Source: a plasmid
Length of the DNA: 64,000 bases
Sequence record: NZ_CP023526.1
Reading direction: 5' to 3' (one strand)
Shown here: in pieces, positions 40,322 through 50,482 of the stretch
How positions within the stretch are numbered: the first letter of the stretch is position 1
How the letters are laid out: every line of letters starts with the position of its first letter
Translations under genes and position numbers: made by a program
The notes under the pieces: generated by a model
Told to the model about the DNA's origin: nothing
What the model saw: the letters and a program-made list of their open reading frames with translations, nothing else
The model's database searches: none

Positions 40322-40729
40322 CTACAGTTCTTTGGACAGGTAATGCCGGCTGAACTTTCTGGCATAACCATCCAGTTTGCCGTATTCACGGTAACCCAAC
40401 TTCTCGTAAAACCCGCGAGCCTGGAAACTGAAGGTGTCCACGTAAGTCATGTGGCATCCCCGCTTCCGGGCTTCCATTTCCGCCCTTAACATAAGGGCCC
40501 TGCCGTATCCCTTCCGGCGTTCTTCTTCTGCTACCCAGAGATACTGTATTTCCAGCGCTCCCCACCACGTCTGGGCGACCAGTCCCCCTGAAAGCATATC
40601 GCCATTATAAATGGACAACATGAAAGGACGTATATCCACCGGAGCCCAGGCTTCATTATGTGTCCAGAGGTTATCGATGATGAGGTGCTTCGTTTTTTCA
40701 TCAGGACGATCGCTAAAATGAATATTCAT
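40322..40729 (-). CDS. GNAT-family N-acetyltransferase
   Basis: WVAEEERRKGYGRALM acetyl-CoA-binding motif; 135 aa. Confidence 0.8.
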   Translation of the reverse strand: MNIHFSDRPDEKTKHLIIDNLWTHNEAWAPVDIRPFMLSIYNGDMLSGGLVAQTWWGALEIQYLWVAEEERRKGYGRALMLRAEMEARKRGCHMTYVDTFSFQARGFYEKLGYREYGKLDGYARKFSRHYLSKEL

Positions 40730-41255
40730 AAAAATTCCCTGTTAAAGGCGGATTTACAGAAGCTATTAGGTGACAAAAATCTCAAAACAACCAACCCCAT
40801 GCCTTTTTTTGGCAGAATATTCAGAACATTCTCTAACTAGTGATTTAGCTGAACTAAACAGTGGTGCAGTATCAGAAATGGGATTTAGAATATGCTGGAT
40901 AAAAGCAGGCTGACAGTAACCTGGCTCATATCCCGCTACTAATCTTGTCTGCGTATTGCGCCATCCCTCCCTGTCACCAGTCGAATCTGTCTTTCAGAGC
41001 TATTTTAGCTCTGGCCCAGCATTTTCATCAGCGTACCTTAAAAGCAAAGCACCGAGATAATTTAGAAACTTTTTTGGCATTATTCAGAAACGGAAGCGAA
41101 TATCACTGCAAAAAAGGTTTTTTCTCTAAAATAATCAGCCTGGAAACACCTTATTTGCTTTTACTAATACCTCCTCAATTTCTGGTCGCAACGCCAGGAG
41201 ATATGGCCTGGATGGGGGTGAAATCCGGTGATATGACCGAGGCGACGGCACGAGG

Positions 41256-41522
41256 GTGAGCGCTGAGGGCGAGAACAACGTCCAGACCCGCCAGGGTGCC
41301 AGGGCCTTCCTGCTAGGGCATAATCAGATGGATAGCGGAAAAGACCGAAATTTCCAGCCGTTCGTGAAAGTCAACTGGCTGCATAACACGAAGCGTAATG
41401 GCGTGGTGATGAATGGCGTATCGCTGGAGCAGGCCGGGGCTGTCAATGTCGGGGAAGTAAAACTCGGTGCAGAAGGCCAGTTGATCCGCCAGACAGCGCT
41501 GTGGGGAAACGTGAGGCAGTAA
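41256..41522 (+). pseudogene. autotransporter beta-barrel domain C-terminal fragment
   Basis: FQPFVKVNWLHNTKRNGVVMNGVSLEQAGAVNVGEVKLGAEGQLIRQTALWGNVRQ matches the terminal strands of autotransporter translocator domains; no passenger domain upstream. Confidence 0.45.
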
Positions 41523-41682
41523 CTGGGAGACAGAGTACAGCAACACGGCGGCCATGGTGGGCATTAAGTACTCATTTTAATCAACCACAGAAATCATCCG
41601 ATCGGCCCTGTGCACTCCGCAGGGCCAACTGGAGCGTTGAACCCGATGTTCTGGTCATTTTTCGAACTAACGCTCAAAACAG

Positions 41683-42336
41683 GTGATGCAAACAATCAAC
41701 AGAGGGGCGCAGATAGGTATGAAAAAGAAGCGGCAGCTATCCCGAATTCAGAAAAAAATTCTGCCTTTGATTCTAAAAACTGAGTCCTTTTCTTCAGACC
41801 CTATGTCCTTACGAAACATCGGACGAACGGTTGGGGAAGTCAATATACATTATTCCTGTCATTCGCTGGAAAGCCTGGGGCTTATCAGTCTTCAGCGATC
41901 CCGGACTCGCCAGCTGTTTCTTAAACTGACTGATGCAGGGAGGACGGTGGCGGCACGGTTACAGGAAGAGGCATATACGGCGGAAAAGGAACGACGTCAA
42001 CAAGAGGAATGCCGGGTTCTGCCATTTCGTCCTCCCGGAAGAGAGACACTGGATATTGAGGTGTATATCAGAGGGAGACCATACACTGCTAATCGAGCAA
42101 CGTTCATTATTCGAGTGGACGGATCCGTTAGCCTCGCTCTGTCGAGTAAAAACAGCGGTCAGGCCTGGCTGAATGGTGATGCTGTGCAAGTGGCTGAGTG
42201 GTATCAGATCTGCTATGACGCCGGGTTATCGGTGAATGTGCAGGTTAATGATAGCTTATGGTCTCCGGCGGCCCCCGCCTTGGCCTCAATGACCAGCCAG
42301 CCAGTCGGTGCGGTGACGGAGAGTGAAACTGGGTAG
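41683..42336 (+). CDS. hypothetical protein, divergent R-family homologue
   Basis: 217 aa; colinear with the 16697/24034 proteins (LSRIQKKILPLIL..., DIEVYIRGRPYTANRATFIIRVDGSVSLALSSKNSGQAWLNGDAVQVAEWYQICYDAGLSVNVQV). Confidence 0.55.
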   Translation: MMQTINRGAQIGMKKKRQLSRIQKKILPLILKTESFSSDPMSLRNIGRTVGEVNIHYSCHSLESLGLISLQRSRTRQLFLKLTDAGRTVAARLQEEAYTAEKERRQQEECRVLPFRPPGRETLDIEVYIRGRPYTANRATFIIRVDGSVSLALSSKNSGQAWLNGDAVQVAEWYQICYDAGLSVNVQVNDSLWSPAAPALASMTSQPVGAVTESETG

Positions 42337-42542
42337 CGCGGGGTTATCTGTCGGCCAGTGCCTGCGACTGCATATTCCGACCCAAACCGATCATTGATTC
42401 CGATGCAGTCCGATCGCACTTTCCGATTTAATTCGACCACGGATTCTGATTTGCTCCGGCCAGATTTAGTCATCTGTCGGAATCCATGATTTAATTTCTG
42501 ACGCATGCCAGCAGCCGTGCCCTGCCTGCGGTCTCGCTCAAG

Positions 42543-43001
42543 TTAGAGGGCAATATCGGGGGCCCCACTCCGGATGAAGCAGTTTTCGGCCCCCCAGTCG
42601 GGCCAGTGCAAGCGCCACCAGATCGCAGAATGCCAGATGATGCGCAGGATTATTGCCCGATTGTCATTGAATTTCTTCAGGCGAGTCTCAACAATCGCCT
42701 GCATCATATAAATACCGGGATTCTGGTTGAGTGTGCGGTTCCACAGGGAACGATGAGGAAGTGGAAAACACCGTGTGATTCGCTGCACCTTTCTGCACAG
42801 GCGCGCACCAGGACATAAGCATTTCTCGTGTTGATAGACTCGCCGTTTGCACATTGCCTTACGAGCCTCGTTTAGGCTGTCTGTATCCATCCATTTAGCA
42901 ATTCGGTTGTGGTAGTCATTATGGAACAGCGGCTTATCATTGGTAAATTTGGCATTTGTCGTAAGGTGAAGATAATCCAGGCTTGAACATTCCTTCTCCA
43001 T
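42543..43001 (-). CDS. hypothetical protein (possibly a remnant)
   Basis: 152-aa ORF, no recognisable motif; context is IS/fragment-rich. Confidence 0.3.
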   Translation of the reverse strand: MEKECSSLDYLHLTTNAKFTNDKPLFHNDYHNRIAKWMDTDSLNEARKAMCKRRVYQHEKCLCPGARLCRKVQRITRCFPLPHRSLWNRTLNQNPGIYMMQAIVETRLKKFNDNRAIILRIIWHSAIWWRLHWPDWGAENCFIRSGAPDIAL

Positions 43002-43044
43002 GCCACAGTTTCTACCACTATACTCTGCTCTGGATTAACTCGAG

Positions 43045-43536
43045 CTAATCCCCCAGCCCTTTCTCATCAAGAAGGTACTCCCTACGAATGGCTCTTTGTT
43101 TATCCACTGATAACTTATTCAGTTCCAAGGCAAGCTCGATAACCGGCACAGGTAAAGACATCACCTCGCGCCCATCAGAGCCCCTTGCATTTTCAACCTG
43201 CTGCAGCAATGCATTTAACATTTGTTTGATAACGATACTTCGCTGGGCGTCCGACAAAAACTCGGCCAGAGTCATCATTAACTGCAGGTCTCTTTTTATA
43301 CAGCACTCATCATCAGTCTGACTTACATCTTCCCCTAACAGCCAGGCTGAGCTTAGGCCCGTTGCCCGGGCTATTTTTTGTACCTGCTCAATGCCATTAG
43401 GCACAGAGTCACCCGCAACATAGCCCCGAATAGTGGAATAAGGGATATCACATTTCTGCGCTAAATCGCGCATGGAATCCCCTGTCATAGTGAGCAGCTC
43501 GGCAAGTCTGACACTAAAATTGCTCTTAATCATCAC
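43045..43536 (-). CDS. XRE/DicA-like HTH repressor (partner of SDR copy C)
   Basis: Homologous to 29234-29731 (SSAWLLGED...; LSDAQRSIVIKQML). Confidence 0.65.
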   Translation of the reverse strand: MMIKSNFSVRLAELLTMTGDSMRDLAQKCDIPYSTIRGYVAGDSVPNGIEQVQKIARATGLSSAWLLGEDVSQTDDECCIKRDLQLMMTLAEFLSDAQRSIVIKQMLNALLQQVENARGSDGREVMSLPVPVIELALELNKLSVDKQRAIRREYLLDEKGLGD

Positions 43537-43635
43537 ACACCAGGCATGTAACCATATGAATAGAATAGCAATTGCAGAGATTATCTAAAATTAGTTATTT
43601 TATGCCTTTATTTCTCTAATTTTAGATATACCCTG

Positions 43636-45034
43636 TTTGTATAAATTGCAGACAGTTTCCCTTTGCAGATTCAAACACTGCGCATCGCACAGCCCGGGCG
43701 AAATTGCCATGCACGCGTACGTGCCATCAAAGGCAACGTCCAGGCACTGTGTAGCCTGACCGAACCCCGGCTTCACGCAAGTCCGGCCTTCGAATTTCAG
43801 ACACACCACATCGTATACCCGCCAGCCCTGTTTCATCCGGCAGGGGCTCCTGCGCGCGCTGGCATTCTACCATGTCCGACATGAGACGAAGGAGAGACAA
43901 GCCACATGACTCACACCGACGGGCACCAGCCTGACATCTGGCCCGCATACGTTCTGCCCCGGGGCGGCACACCCGTCCCGCCTGGTCCTCACCCCCACAT
44001 CAGGAGATACCCTGTGAACACCCCCCTTTCTGTACCCCGTCACCCGCTTCAGGGCAAAGTCATCGCCATCACCGGGGCCGCCTCCGGGATCGGCCTCGCC
44101 TGTGCCTCCGCCTTTCTTGCCGCCGGGGCCCGTGTTGTCATGATTGACCGCGACGTCGGAGCCCTCCTCCACCACGCAGATACCCTCGGAGAGCACGCCC
44201 TGCCCCTGCCGGCCGACATCACCGACCCCGACCAGGCCGACGGTCTCGCTGACCACATCCTCTCCCTCGCCGGACGCCTCGATATCTTCCATGCCAACGC
44301 CGGCATGTACACCGGCGGCCCCTTCGTCGACACCGACCCCGACACCATCGCGAAGCTCCTCGACCTCAACGTCACCGCCACTTTTCGCTGTATCCGCGCT
44401 GTCCTCCCCGCCTTTATCGCCCGACGCGGCGGGGATATCCTCCTCACCAGCTCCGTCGCCGGGGTCGTCCCTGTGGCACACGAGCCCGTCTATACCGCCT
44501 CCAAGTTTGCCCTCCAGGGCTTCGTCCACAGCCTCCGCCGGCAGCTCTCTCCCCACGGGGTCCGCGTCGGGGCCATCCTTCCCGGCCCGGTCAGCACCGC
44601 CCTGCTCACCGCCTGGCCCGAGGCAAAACGCCGCGAGGCCCTGGAGACCTGCGCCCTCCTGCAGCCCGCTGATGTCGCCGAAGCCGCGCTCTTTATGGTC
44701 ACCCGGCCCCACGACGTCGTCATCCGGGATCTTGTGATCCTCCCGGCCGGGGTGGATCTCTGACGCCTTCCTGCCCGGATACTCAGACAGCTGTTCTCAC
44801 GGAGACCTCAACGACGCCGGGAACCCGGCCCCGGCGCCTGAGGACAAGTCCGGAGAGGTGCCCTGTCCGCCAAAAGTCGTGCCCCATGGCGCTTATGGGA
44901 CTATGACTCACGTCCTTCTACTTTCATCAAAGTGTTGATATTCGTTACTCTTTAGAAAGAGTCCCCCCCTTCTCAATAATCAATGCCGTATGGACTTAAC
45001 AACGGCCGCTATGAGCGAGAAACGGAAGTTAACA
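43636..45034. repeat. SDR cassette copy C (full unit)
   Basis: See copy B. Confidence 0.85.
44014..44763 (+). CDS. SDR-family oxidoreductase, copy C
   Basis: As copies A and B; alternative ATG 43906. Confidence 0.8.
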   Translation: MNTPLSVPRHPLQGKVIAITGAASGIGLACASAFLAAGARVVMIDRDVGALLHHADTLGEHALPLPADITDPDQADGLADHILSLAGRLDIFHANAGMYTGGPFVDTDPDTIAKLLDLNVTATFRCIRAVLPAFIARRGGDILLTSSVAGVVPVAHEPVYTASKFALQGFVHSLRRQLSPHGVRVGAILPGPVSTALLTAWPEAKRREALETCALLQPADVAEAALFMVTRPHDVVIRDLVILPAGVDL

Positions 45035-45274
45035 TGTCTATTAAAGTGGTTAAATTTAGTAATCCACTATAAGGCTTTTTTAGATCTTTTGTGATGAAAC
45101 GCTGAGTTTAGACAGAGATAGCTGCATAACTTCGAGTATTATCAATAGTTAGATTGATGTGAAGAGATTAAGGTCACATACTTTTTTCTAGTTCTATAAG
45201 TAAATTATTCTAAAAACCTAACTGGATGAAAGTTTAAAGCACCTTTTCAAAATTTTTAACGAAAGGACAAATCT

Positions 45275-47140
45275 ATGGCAAACTCAACGAATCAGGGAAG
45301 AAAAAGTAAGAGCCCGCTTGACGATAAAACTACTATTGATGATTTACACAGCATCCCCCTTGCATCGTTGTTAGACGGTTATGAAGAACTGTGTGGTTTA
45401 AATATGTGGCTTGAACTAAGCAAATTAGCATCTACAGCTTTAAACCGCGATGACCACTCTGCTCACAGAGCATATAAACTCTTAGCGACGCTATGTTCAA
45501 TGCGAATGTCATCTGACGATCCGGCCGATACTTGGCATCCAAGATGGCAAGATGCAGAAAATAAAATGCTCACGCCTCAAGATATAAAAAGTGATTATAA
45601 CTCACTGCTTTCAGATATTGTTAATTTTATTAATAACTTGGCATTGAAAGGCCGAATTGCAGATATCGTATGGTCAAATGACCGTAAAGAATACAAGTGT
45701 GGCATCGAAGCGGTCAAAGCATATTCTAATATAGTCCTTGAGCATATAAGCAAAAAATGCGATACCGATAATTTCACAAAGTTATTTGAGTTGATGAATT
45801 TATTACAGAGAGCCTTGTGCATAAATGGGACGATGGGTAAGCGCGACCATATTCCAAGTTATCTAGCAAAAGCTTTTGAACAATTTTATATCTTCTCTTA
45901 TCAAAAATGTATATATGTAGCATTTTCTAGGATTGGAGAGTTAGCTATAGGTTATAAAATAAAAACATGGCAAGAAGTAGCTGATGATTCAGAAAATCTT
46001 GTTAACAGGGGAAGTATAAATGATTATCCAGAAGCTCGGAAGAAAGTGTGGGCACTTGCAGCACAATGTCATCTGAAAAATAAAAACACTGAAGGTCGCA
46101 GGCACTGTTTAGAGGAGTATTCAAATGAAACTCTAAGAATGTGTGAACAAGTTTCAAGCTATGCTGCGAAAGCTTCTTGGGTACGACAGGCTATAACAGA
46201 ACTTCAAATAGCGGGTGGGTTTCAGGATAAAATTGATATTCTTCGAGTTAAATTAAGGGACTTACAACTTGCCAGCCTCTCTGAGATGTTTCAATATGAC
46301 ATGCCTTGCGATCTATCAGAAGAATACAATGAAACAATTAATCAGTTCACAAACATTTTCCTCCCCGAAATACTGTATTGCTTTGCAATATTATCTAAAT
46401 CACCAACTATTGAAAGCTTAAAAGAAGAAATTTTAAACAACAATAGTAGTGGAATATCCTTTTTATTCCCCACTTCAATATATCTTGACCAAGAAGGCAA
46501 ACCTGTAGCTAAAACATGCAGTCACTCTTCAGAGCAAGAACCTAAAAATGAGTGGCTGAAATCGAACTCTATTATACATATGAGCAGCCTTAGGTATTTT
46601 ATTGTTGAATCAAGAATTAAACCAGCCCGACATGCTACGATGCTGCAATACGCGGTTGAGCTAAGACATTTCGATGTTATTGTGAGTTTAAGTAGCTTTG
46701 TTCCTTTTGGCCATGAACATCTCTTCAGTTTAGGTTTTTCCCGTTTATTCCAAGGTGATTTGGCATCAGCAGCATATATACTAATTCCTCAGCTTGAGAA
46801 TACATTACGCCATGTTTTATTCTGTAGTGGAAGAGATTCATTCAAATTTTCGGATGGCGGTCTTCAGGAGGATCGTTCTTTGTCGGGGCTATTGGAAAAT
46901 AAACGTAGTGATTTATTAGAAATATTTGGTGAGGATATAGTTCATGAGATTGATATGCTTTTCCATTATAAAGCAGGCCCTTCGCTAAGGCATAAAGTTG
47001 CACATGGAAAATTGTCGGCTGGAGACTGTTATCAGCCAGATTGTATCTACGCTTGTTGGTTTATTTATAGACTCATTTGTTTACCTATTCTTCATTGCTG
47101 GAAAGACCAAGTAATACCGCAAATTGAGATGACGCTTTAA
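45275..47140 (+). CDS. large hypothetical protein (621 aa), possible C-terminal HEPN-like motif
   Basis: AT-rich ORF with AAAGGA RBS; C-terminal SLRHKVAHG fits an Rx4H(G) HEPN-type motif. No other recognisable domain. Confidence 0.5.
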   Translation: MANSTNQGRKSKSPLDDKTTIDDLHSIPLASLLDGYEELCGLNMWLELSKLASTALNRDDHSAHRAYKLLATLCSMRMSSDDPADTWHPRWQDAENKMLTPQDIKSDYNSLLSDIVNFINNLALKGRIADIVWSNDRKEYKCGIEAVKAYSNIVLEHISKKCDTDNFTKLFELMNLLQRALCINGTMGKRDHIPSYLAKAFEQFYIFSYQKCIYVAFSRIGELAIGYKIKTWQEVADDSENLVNRGSINDYPEARKKVWALAAQCHLKNKNTEGRRHCLEEYSNETLRMCEQVSSYAAKASWVRQAITELQIAGGFQDKIDILRVKLRDLQLASLSEMFQYDMPCDLSEEYNETINQFTNIFLPEILYCFAILSKSPTIESLKEEILNNNSSGISFLFPTSIYLDQEGKPVAKTCSHSSEQEPKNEWLKSNSIIHMSSLRYFIVESRIKPARHATMLQYAVELRHFDVIVSLSSFVPFGHEHLFSLGFSRLFQGDLASAAYILIPQLENTLRHVLFCSGRDSFKFSDGGLQEDRSLSGLLENKRSDLLEIFGEDIVHEIDMLFHYKAGPSLRHKVAHGKLSAGDCYQPDCIYACWFIYRLICLPILHCWKDQVIPQIEMTL

Positions 47141-47431
47141 CTTTATGTAATATTTTATTTTTTTGCAAATATGGAAATTAAAAATATTTCTTATGCGCCT
47201 GAATGAAGCTGCTGCAACTTAGAGCGCGTACACTTAAGAACTCCCGCTGGCGATGATGGCAGACGACAACTTTTGACAACTCGCCCCCATCACCAACTGG
47301 CTGACTTGTTCCCGGCTGATTAACACATCATGATATCAGCAATGTCCTCTTCTGGCACTGAAGACGGTCAGATTAAGTCTGGCCCTGCGCCACATCTATG
47401 TCAGGCCAAATCTGAGATAATACAAATAAAG

Positions 47432-48601
47432 TTATCGTCTGGCGGTCGCTGAAAGAGTCTCATCCTGTGCCAGTAAAGTTATCACATCACCAGCTATTTC
47501 TGGTCTGATACCAGGCGTTTTATAGGCCGCATACGCTGCAACGGATAATGGGCTCCAGGCATGCACCCCAGCGATACGTTTTACCTCCTCGATAACCTTA
47601 AACGTATCGTTTTCCAAAGCCAGTCCTAAACGGGCTGTATCCAGATAAATGCGCTGAACTCCAGAGATATGCGTGAACTTTTTAAGTTCTGCGGTAATAA
47701 TTCGCTGCGCTTCCACACCGATAGACGAGCCTCCTTCAACGACCCCTGTCAACCCAACAAGCTTACCTCCATCACTACGAGTATTGTCATCTTTGACTCT
47801 TGGAAGCGGCACTAAGACATTCAACTCTACATCCTGCTGAAGTAACTCAAGCAGTTCGGGCAAAAGCTCAGTTTTGATGACACCTTTTAAAGCAACTGCT
47901 CTTTTAGCTAGAGTGACAGGGGACTGTCCCAACCGCGCCGACATAGAAATAAGACAACTCGCGATTATGAAAATATCGCATTCCCCTATCAAAGGGGCAC
48001 ACTCGGCCCGGAAAGATTGCTCGTCACGAAGTGTAGGATTTACTTTTTCAGGTTTCCTAATTTTTGAATTCGGCTGCTTCTTGCTACATCCACACAAAGC
48101 ATCCTGTGCATTTCGGGTTAGTATGCTGATGCTTTTAAGTAGATCCTCACCGCCCTCAAGGTTGGCAACCATTTTCTGCATATTTTCGAGCCTGCCAAGC
48201 ATCTCGGGATTAGCATTACCCGAAGCGATCTTCTCGCTGATGTCATTAAGATTCCTCAGAACACCAGTAACAATCTGCGATGGAGCAGGATCTGAGGCTT
48301 TCAGTTCATGGCTTTTTTTGATTTCTTTCTCCATCAACTGGAGCGCCTGCTTCCAGTCGGTTTGTACACCGGCTTTAAGGGTCTCAAGATTAAGAATAAC
48401 GGTGCGAAGACGTTCACTTTTAGCTAATGGTATAGGTTCACCATTCTTTTTACCTACTTTCAGCCAGTGAACTAAGGAAACGAAGTCAGCTTTAGCCGTC
48501 GTAGCAAGTCCATTGATAACGCGCTGCCGTGCTTCAGGTGTAGAGTGGTTTGTTCTCGGCGCTGGCAGACGATCATTTTTGTGCACTATTGACCTCTTCA
48601 T
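47432..48601 (-). CDS. hypothetical protein (389 aa)
   Basis: Convergent with the 621-aa gene; C-terminal half has a Gly-rich loop (LVGLTGVVEGGSS) suggesting a nucleotide-binding/Rossmann- or PIN-like fold. Unassigned. Confidence 0.45.
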   Translation of the reverse strand: MKRSIVHKNDRLPAPRTNHSTPEARQRVINGLATTAKADFVSLVHWLKVGKKNGEPIPLAKSERLRTVILNLETLKAGVQTDWKQALQLMEKEIKKSHELKASDPAPSQIVTGVLRNLNDISEKIASGNANPEMLGRLENMQKMVANLEGGEDLLKSISILTRNAQDALCGCSKKQPNSKIRKPEKVNPTLRDEQSFRAECAPLIGECDIFIIASCLISMSARLGQSPVTLAKRAVALKGVIKTELLPELLELLQQDVELNVLVPLPRVKDDNTRSDGGKLVGLTGVVEGGSSIGVEAQRIITAELKKFTHISGVQRIYLDTARLGLALENDTFKVIEEVKRIAGVHAWSPLSVAAYAAYKTPGIRPEIAGDVITLLAQDETLSATARR

Positions 48602-48812
48602 ATCGGATATCTCAACTCGGCTCCATCATCGATAAACCCACGCCCGGATTCCAGACTGCAATCAAACCCCCTTACATATCATGTTTTAGGGTAGTGATGC
48701 CCGCTGCGCCATCAAAGTATTGTTATATTTTGCTCACAAAGGTGATTCTTCAACTTCCGCTTTTGGCACTCATCGAAAGTTATCATTAACTGCCCTTGTA
48801 AGTCTCCCAGTA

Positions 48813-49697
48813 TTAGTTCCACACACTTTTTGAGAGTTCCGGTTTTTCAGCCATCAGCCGGTACTCTTCTGGCGTCAGGTTGTTCAGGGATTCATGAGGC
48901 CGCTCGTTGTTATATTCCATCAGCCAGCTCTCTGTAATTTCCCGTACTTCATTCAGTGTTCTGAACAGGTAAAAATCCAGGATTTCTGTCCGGTATGTCC
49001 GGTTGAAGCGTTCGATAAAAGCATTTTGTGTAGGTTTTCCCGGCTTTATAAATTCTAGCTGCACACTATGCTCTTCGGCCCATTGTGCCAGCGCCAGAGA
49101 TACAAGTTCCGGACCATTATCCATCCGCATTTTAAGTGGATAGCCGCGGTTTGCCACGATCCGCTCCAGTACCCGGACAACACGTTGAGCCGGGATGTTC
49201 AGGTCGATTTCTATCGCCAGCGCTTCACGGTTAAAATCATCCACTACATTGAAGGTCCGAAAGCGTCTGCCACAGACCAGCGCATCGTGCATAAAATCGA
49301 TGGACCAACTCTGGTTTAACGCTTGCGGCGTCGCCAGTGGTGCAGGGTTACGCACTGGCAGCCGCTGTTTTCCCTTACGACGAAAATTCAGTTTCAGCAG
49401 GCAGTAAATCCGGTGAACGCGTTTATGGTTCCAGGCGTTACCCTGCCTGCGCAGTAACTGAAAAAGCTTCTTAAAACCATAACGCGGGTAGCGCTCTGCC
49501 AGCTCAGTCAGCATCTGGATCACCGGTTCATCCCGCCGGATATCGGGCTGGTAAAAATACACCGTCCTGCTCAGCGATAACGTCCTGCAAGCCTGGCGTA
49601 AACTCATGGCAAATTGCGCCGTCAGATAGCTGACGAGTTCACGCTTTATCGCTGGTTTTAAAGCTTTTTTTCGATAACGTCTTTCAGGGCCCGGCAT
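48813..49697 (-). CDS. IS3-family transposase OrfB (DDE catalytic domain)
   Basis: See mobile element. Confidence 0.8.
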   Translation of the reverse strand: MPGPERRYRKKALKPAIKRELVSYLTAQFAMSLRQACRTLSLSRTVYFYQPDIRRDEPVIQMLTELAERYPRYGFKKLFQLLRRQGNAWNHKRVHRIYCLLKLNFRRKGKQRLPVRNPAPLATPQALNQSWSIDFMHDALVCGRRFRTFNVVDDFNREALAIEIDLNIPAQRVVRVLERIVANRGYPLKMRMDNGPELVSLALAQWAEEHSVQLEFIKPGKPTQNAFIERFNRTYRTEILDFYLFRTLNEVREITESWLMEYNNERPHESLNNLTPEEYRLMAEKPELSKSVWN

Positions 49698-49945
49698 TCA
49701 AGACTGAGATCGGCAAACATCTGTTTGAGACGACGATTTTCGTCCTCGAGATCTTTCATCTTTTTGATATCAGAGGCTTCCATACCGCCAAACTTCGCTT
49801 TCCAGTTGTAATAACTGGCTTCTGAGATACCGGCTTCACGGCAGACATCTTTGACGGTCCGGCCAGCTTCGACGGACTTTAGCACGGCGATGATTTGGTG
49901 TTCGGTGAATCGGGCTTTACGCATGGCGATCTCCTCAGGGGACAT
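49658..49945 (-). CDS. IS3-family transposase OrfA (HTH)
   Basis: See mobile element. Confidence 0.8.
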   Translation of the reverse strand: MSPEEIAMRKARFTEHQIIAVLKSVEAGRTVKDVCREAGISEASYYNWKAKFGGMEASDIKKMKDLEDENRRLKQMFADLSLECRALKDVIEKKL

Positions 49946-50482
49946 AATCAGTATGTCGGAAGATCTCTAAAAGTGAATGGTTCGGTTTGCCGGGATGCTT
50001 ACACCCTATCGCCCTCTTCGGCTCAACGGCAGGCGGGTCCGTCAACACAATTACGCTAACCGGCAAGCTCCGCCCAATCGCCAGCTGCGGCGTTTCGGGT
50101 CTCACTGCTGGGGTCTGATAGCAACATCCATTCCCGGCATCTGACTCGCGCTAGCGCGCTCACAGTCCACCAAAATCGGCAGCCACTAAGGGCCGGCTTA
50201 AATGCTGCCGTCCGGAGTCGTGCCCTGTTCATTACCTGCTGTCCTGATTCTTTCTTTTCAGCCTATCCACCGTGCGAAATCTGCCACAGAGGTGGTATCA
50301 CAATAGGGGCGACAGGCTAAACGACTACACCCGATCACTGAATCTGAACGATATGTGTAATAACCGCCCGTGGGCGGTTATTAGAGTGAGCAGGAAAGCG
50401 GGGTCCCAGCAAGCGTGAGGCAGGAAGTTTGGCTTTATAAAGTTTATCCGCGCAGCGAAGAAGGGTCTCCCCAAATAGAGGC

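Larger units (their letters stand above)
48790..49990 (-). mobile_element. IS3-family insertion sequence (orfA-orfB with programmed -1 frameshift)
   Basis: orfA 49658-49945 (HTH, MRKARFTEHQIIAVLK...) and orfB 48813-49697 (DDE integrase; ...MDNGPELVS...ERFNRTYRTE...). A AAAAAAG slippery heptamer lies in the overlap (revcomp of 49662-49670). Terminal inverted repeats not resolved by eye. Confidence 0.75.

Noticed and set aside
50000-50480. Possible structured ncRNA (retron msr/msd-like or intron fragment) between the IS3 element and lmuB, including the perfect hairpin ataaccgcccgtgggcggttat at 50362-50383
   Set aside because: No reverse transcriptase or intron-encoded protein adjacent, and no recognisable domain V/VI or a1/a2 repeat pair by eye. 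More likely 3'-UTR/IS-flank sequence. Would need cmscan to settle.
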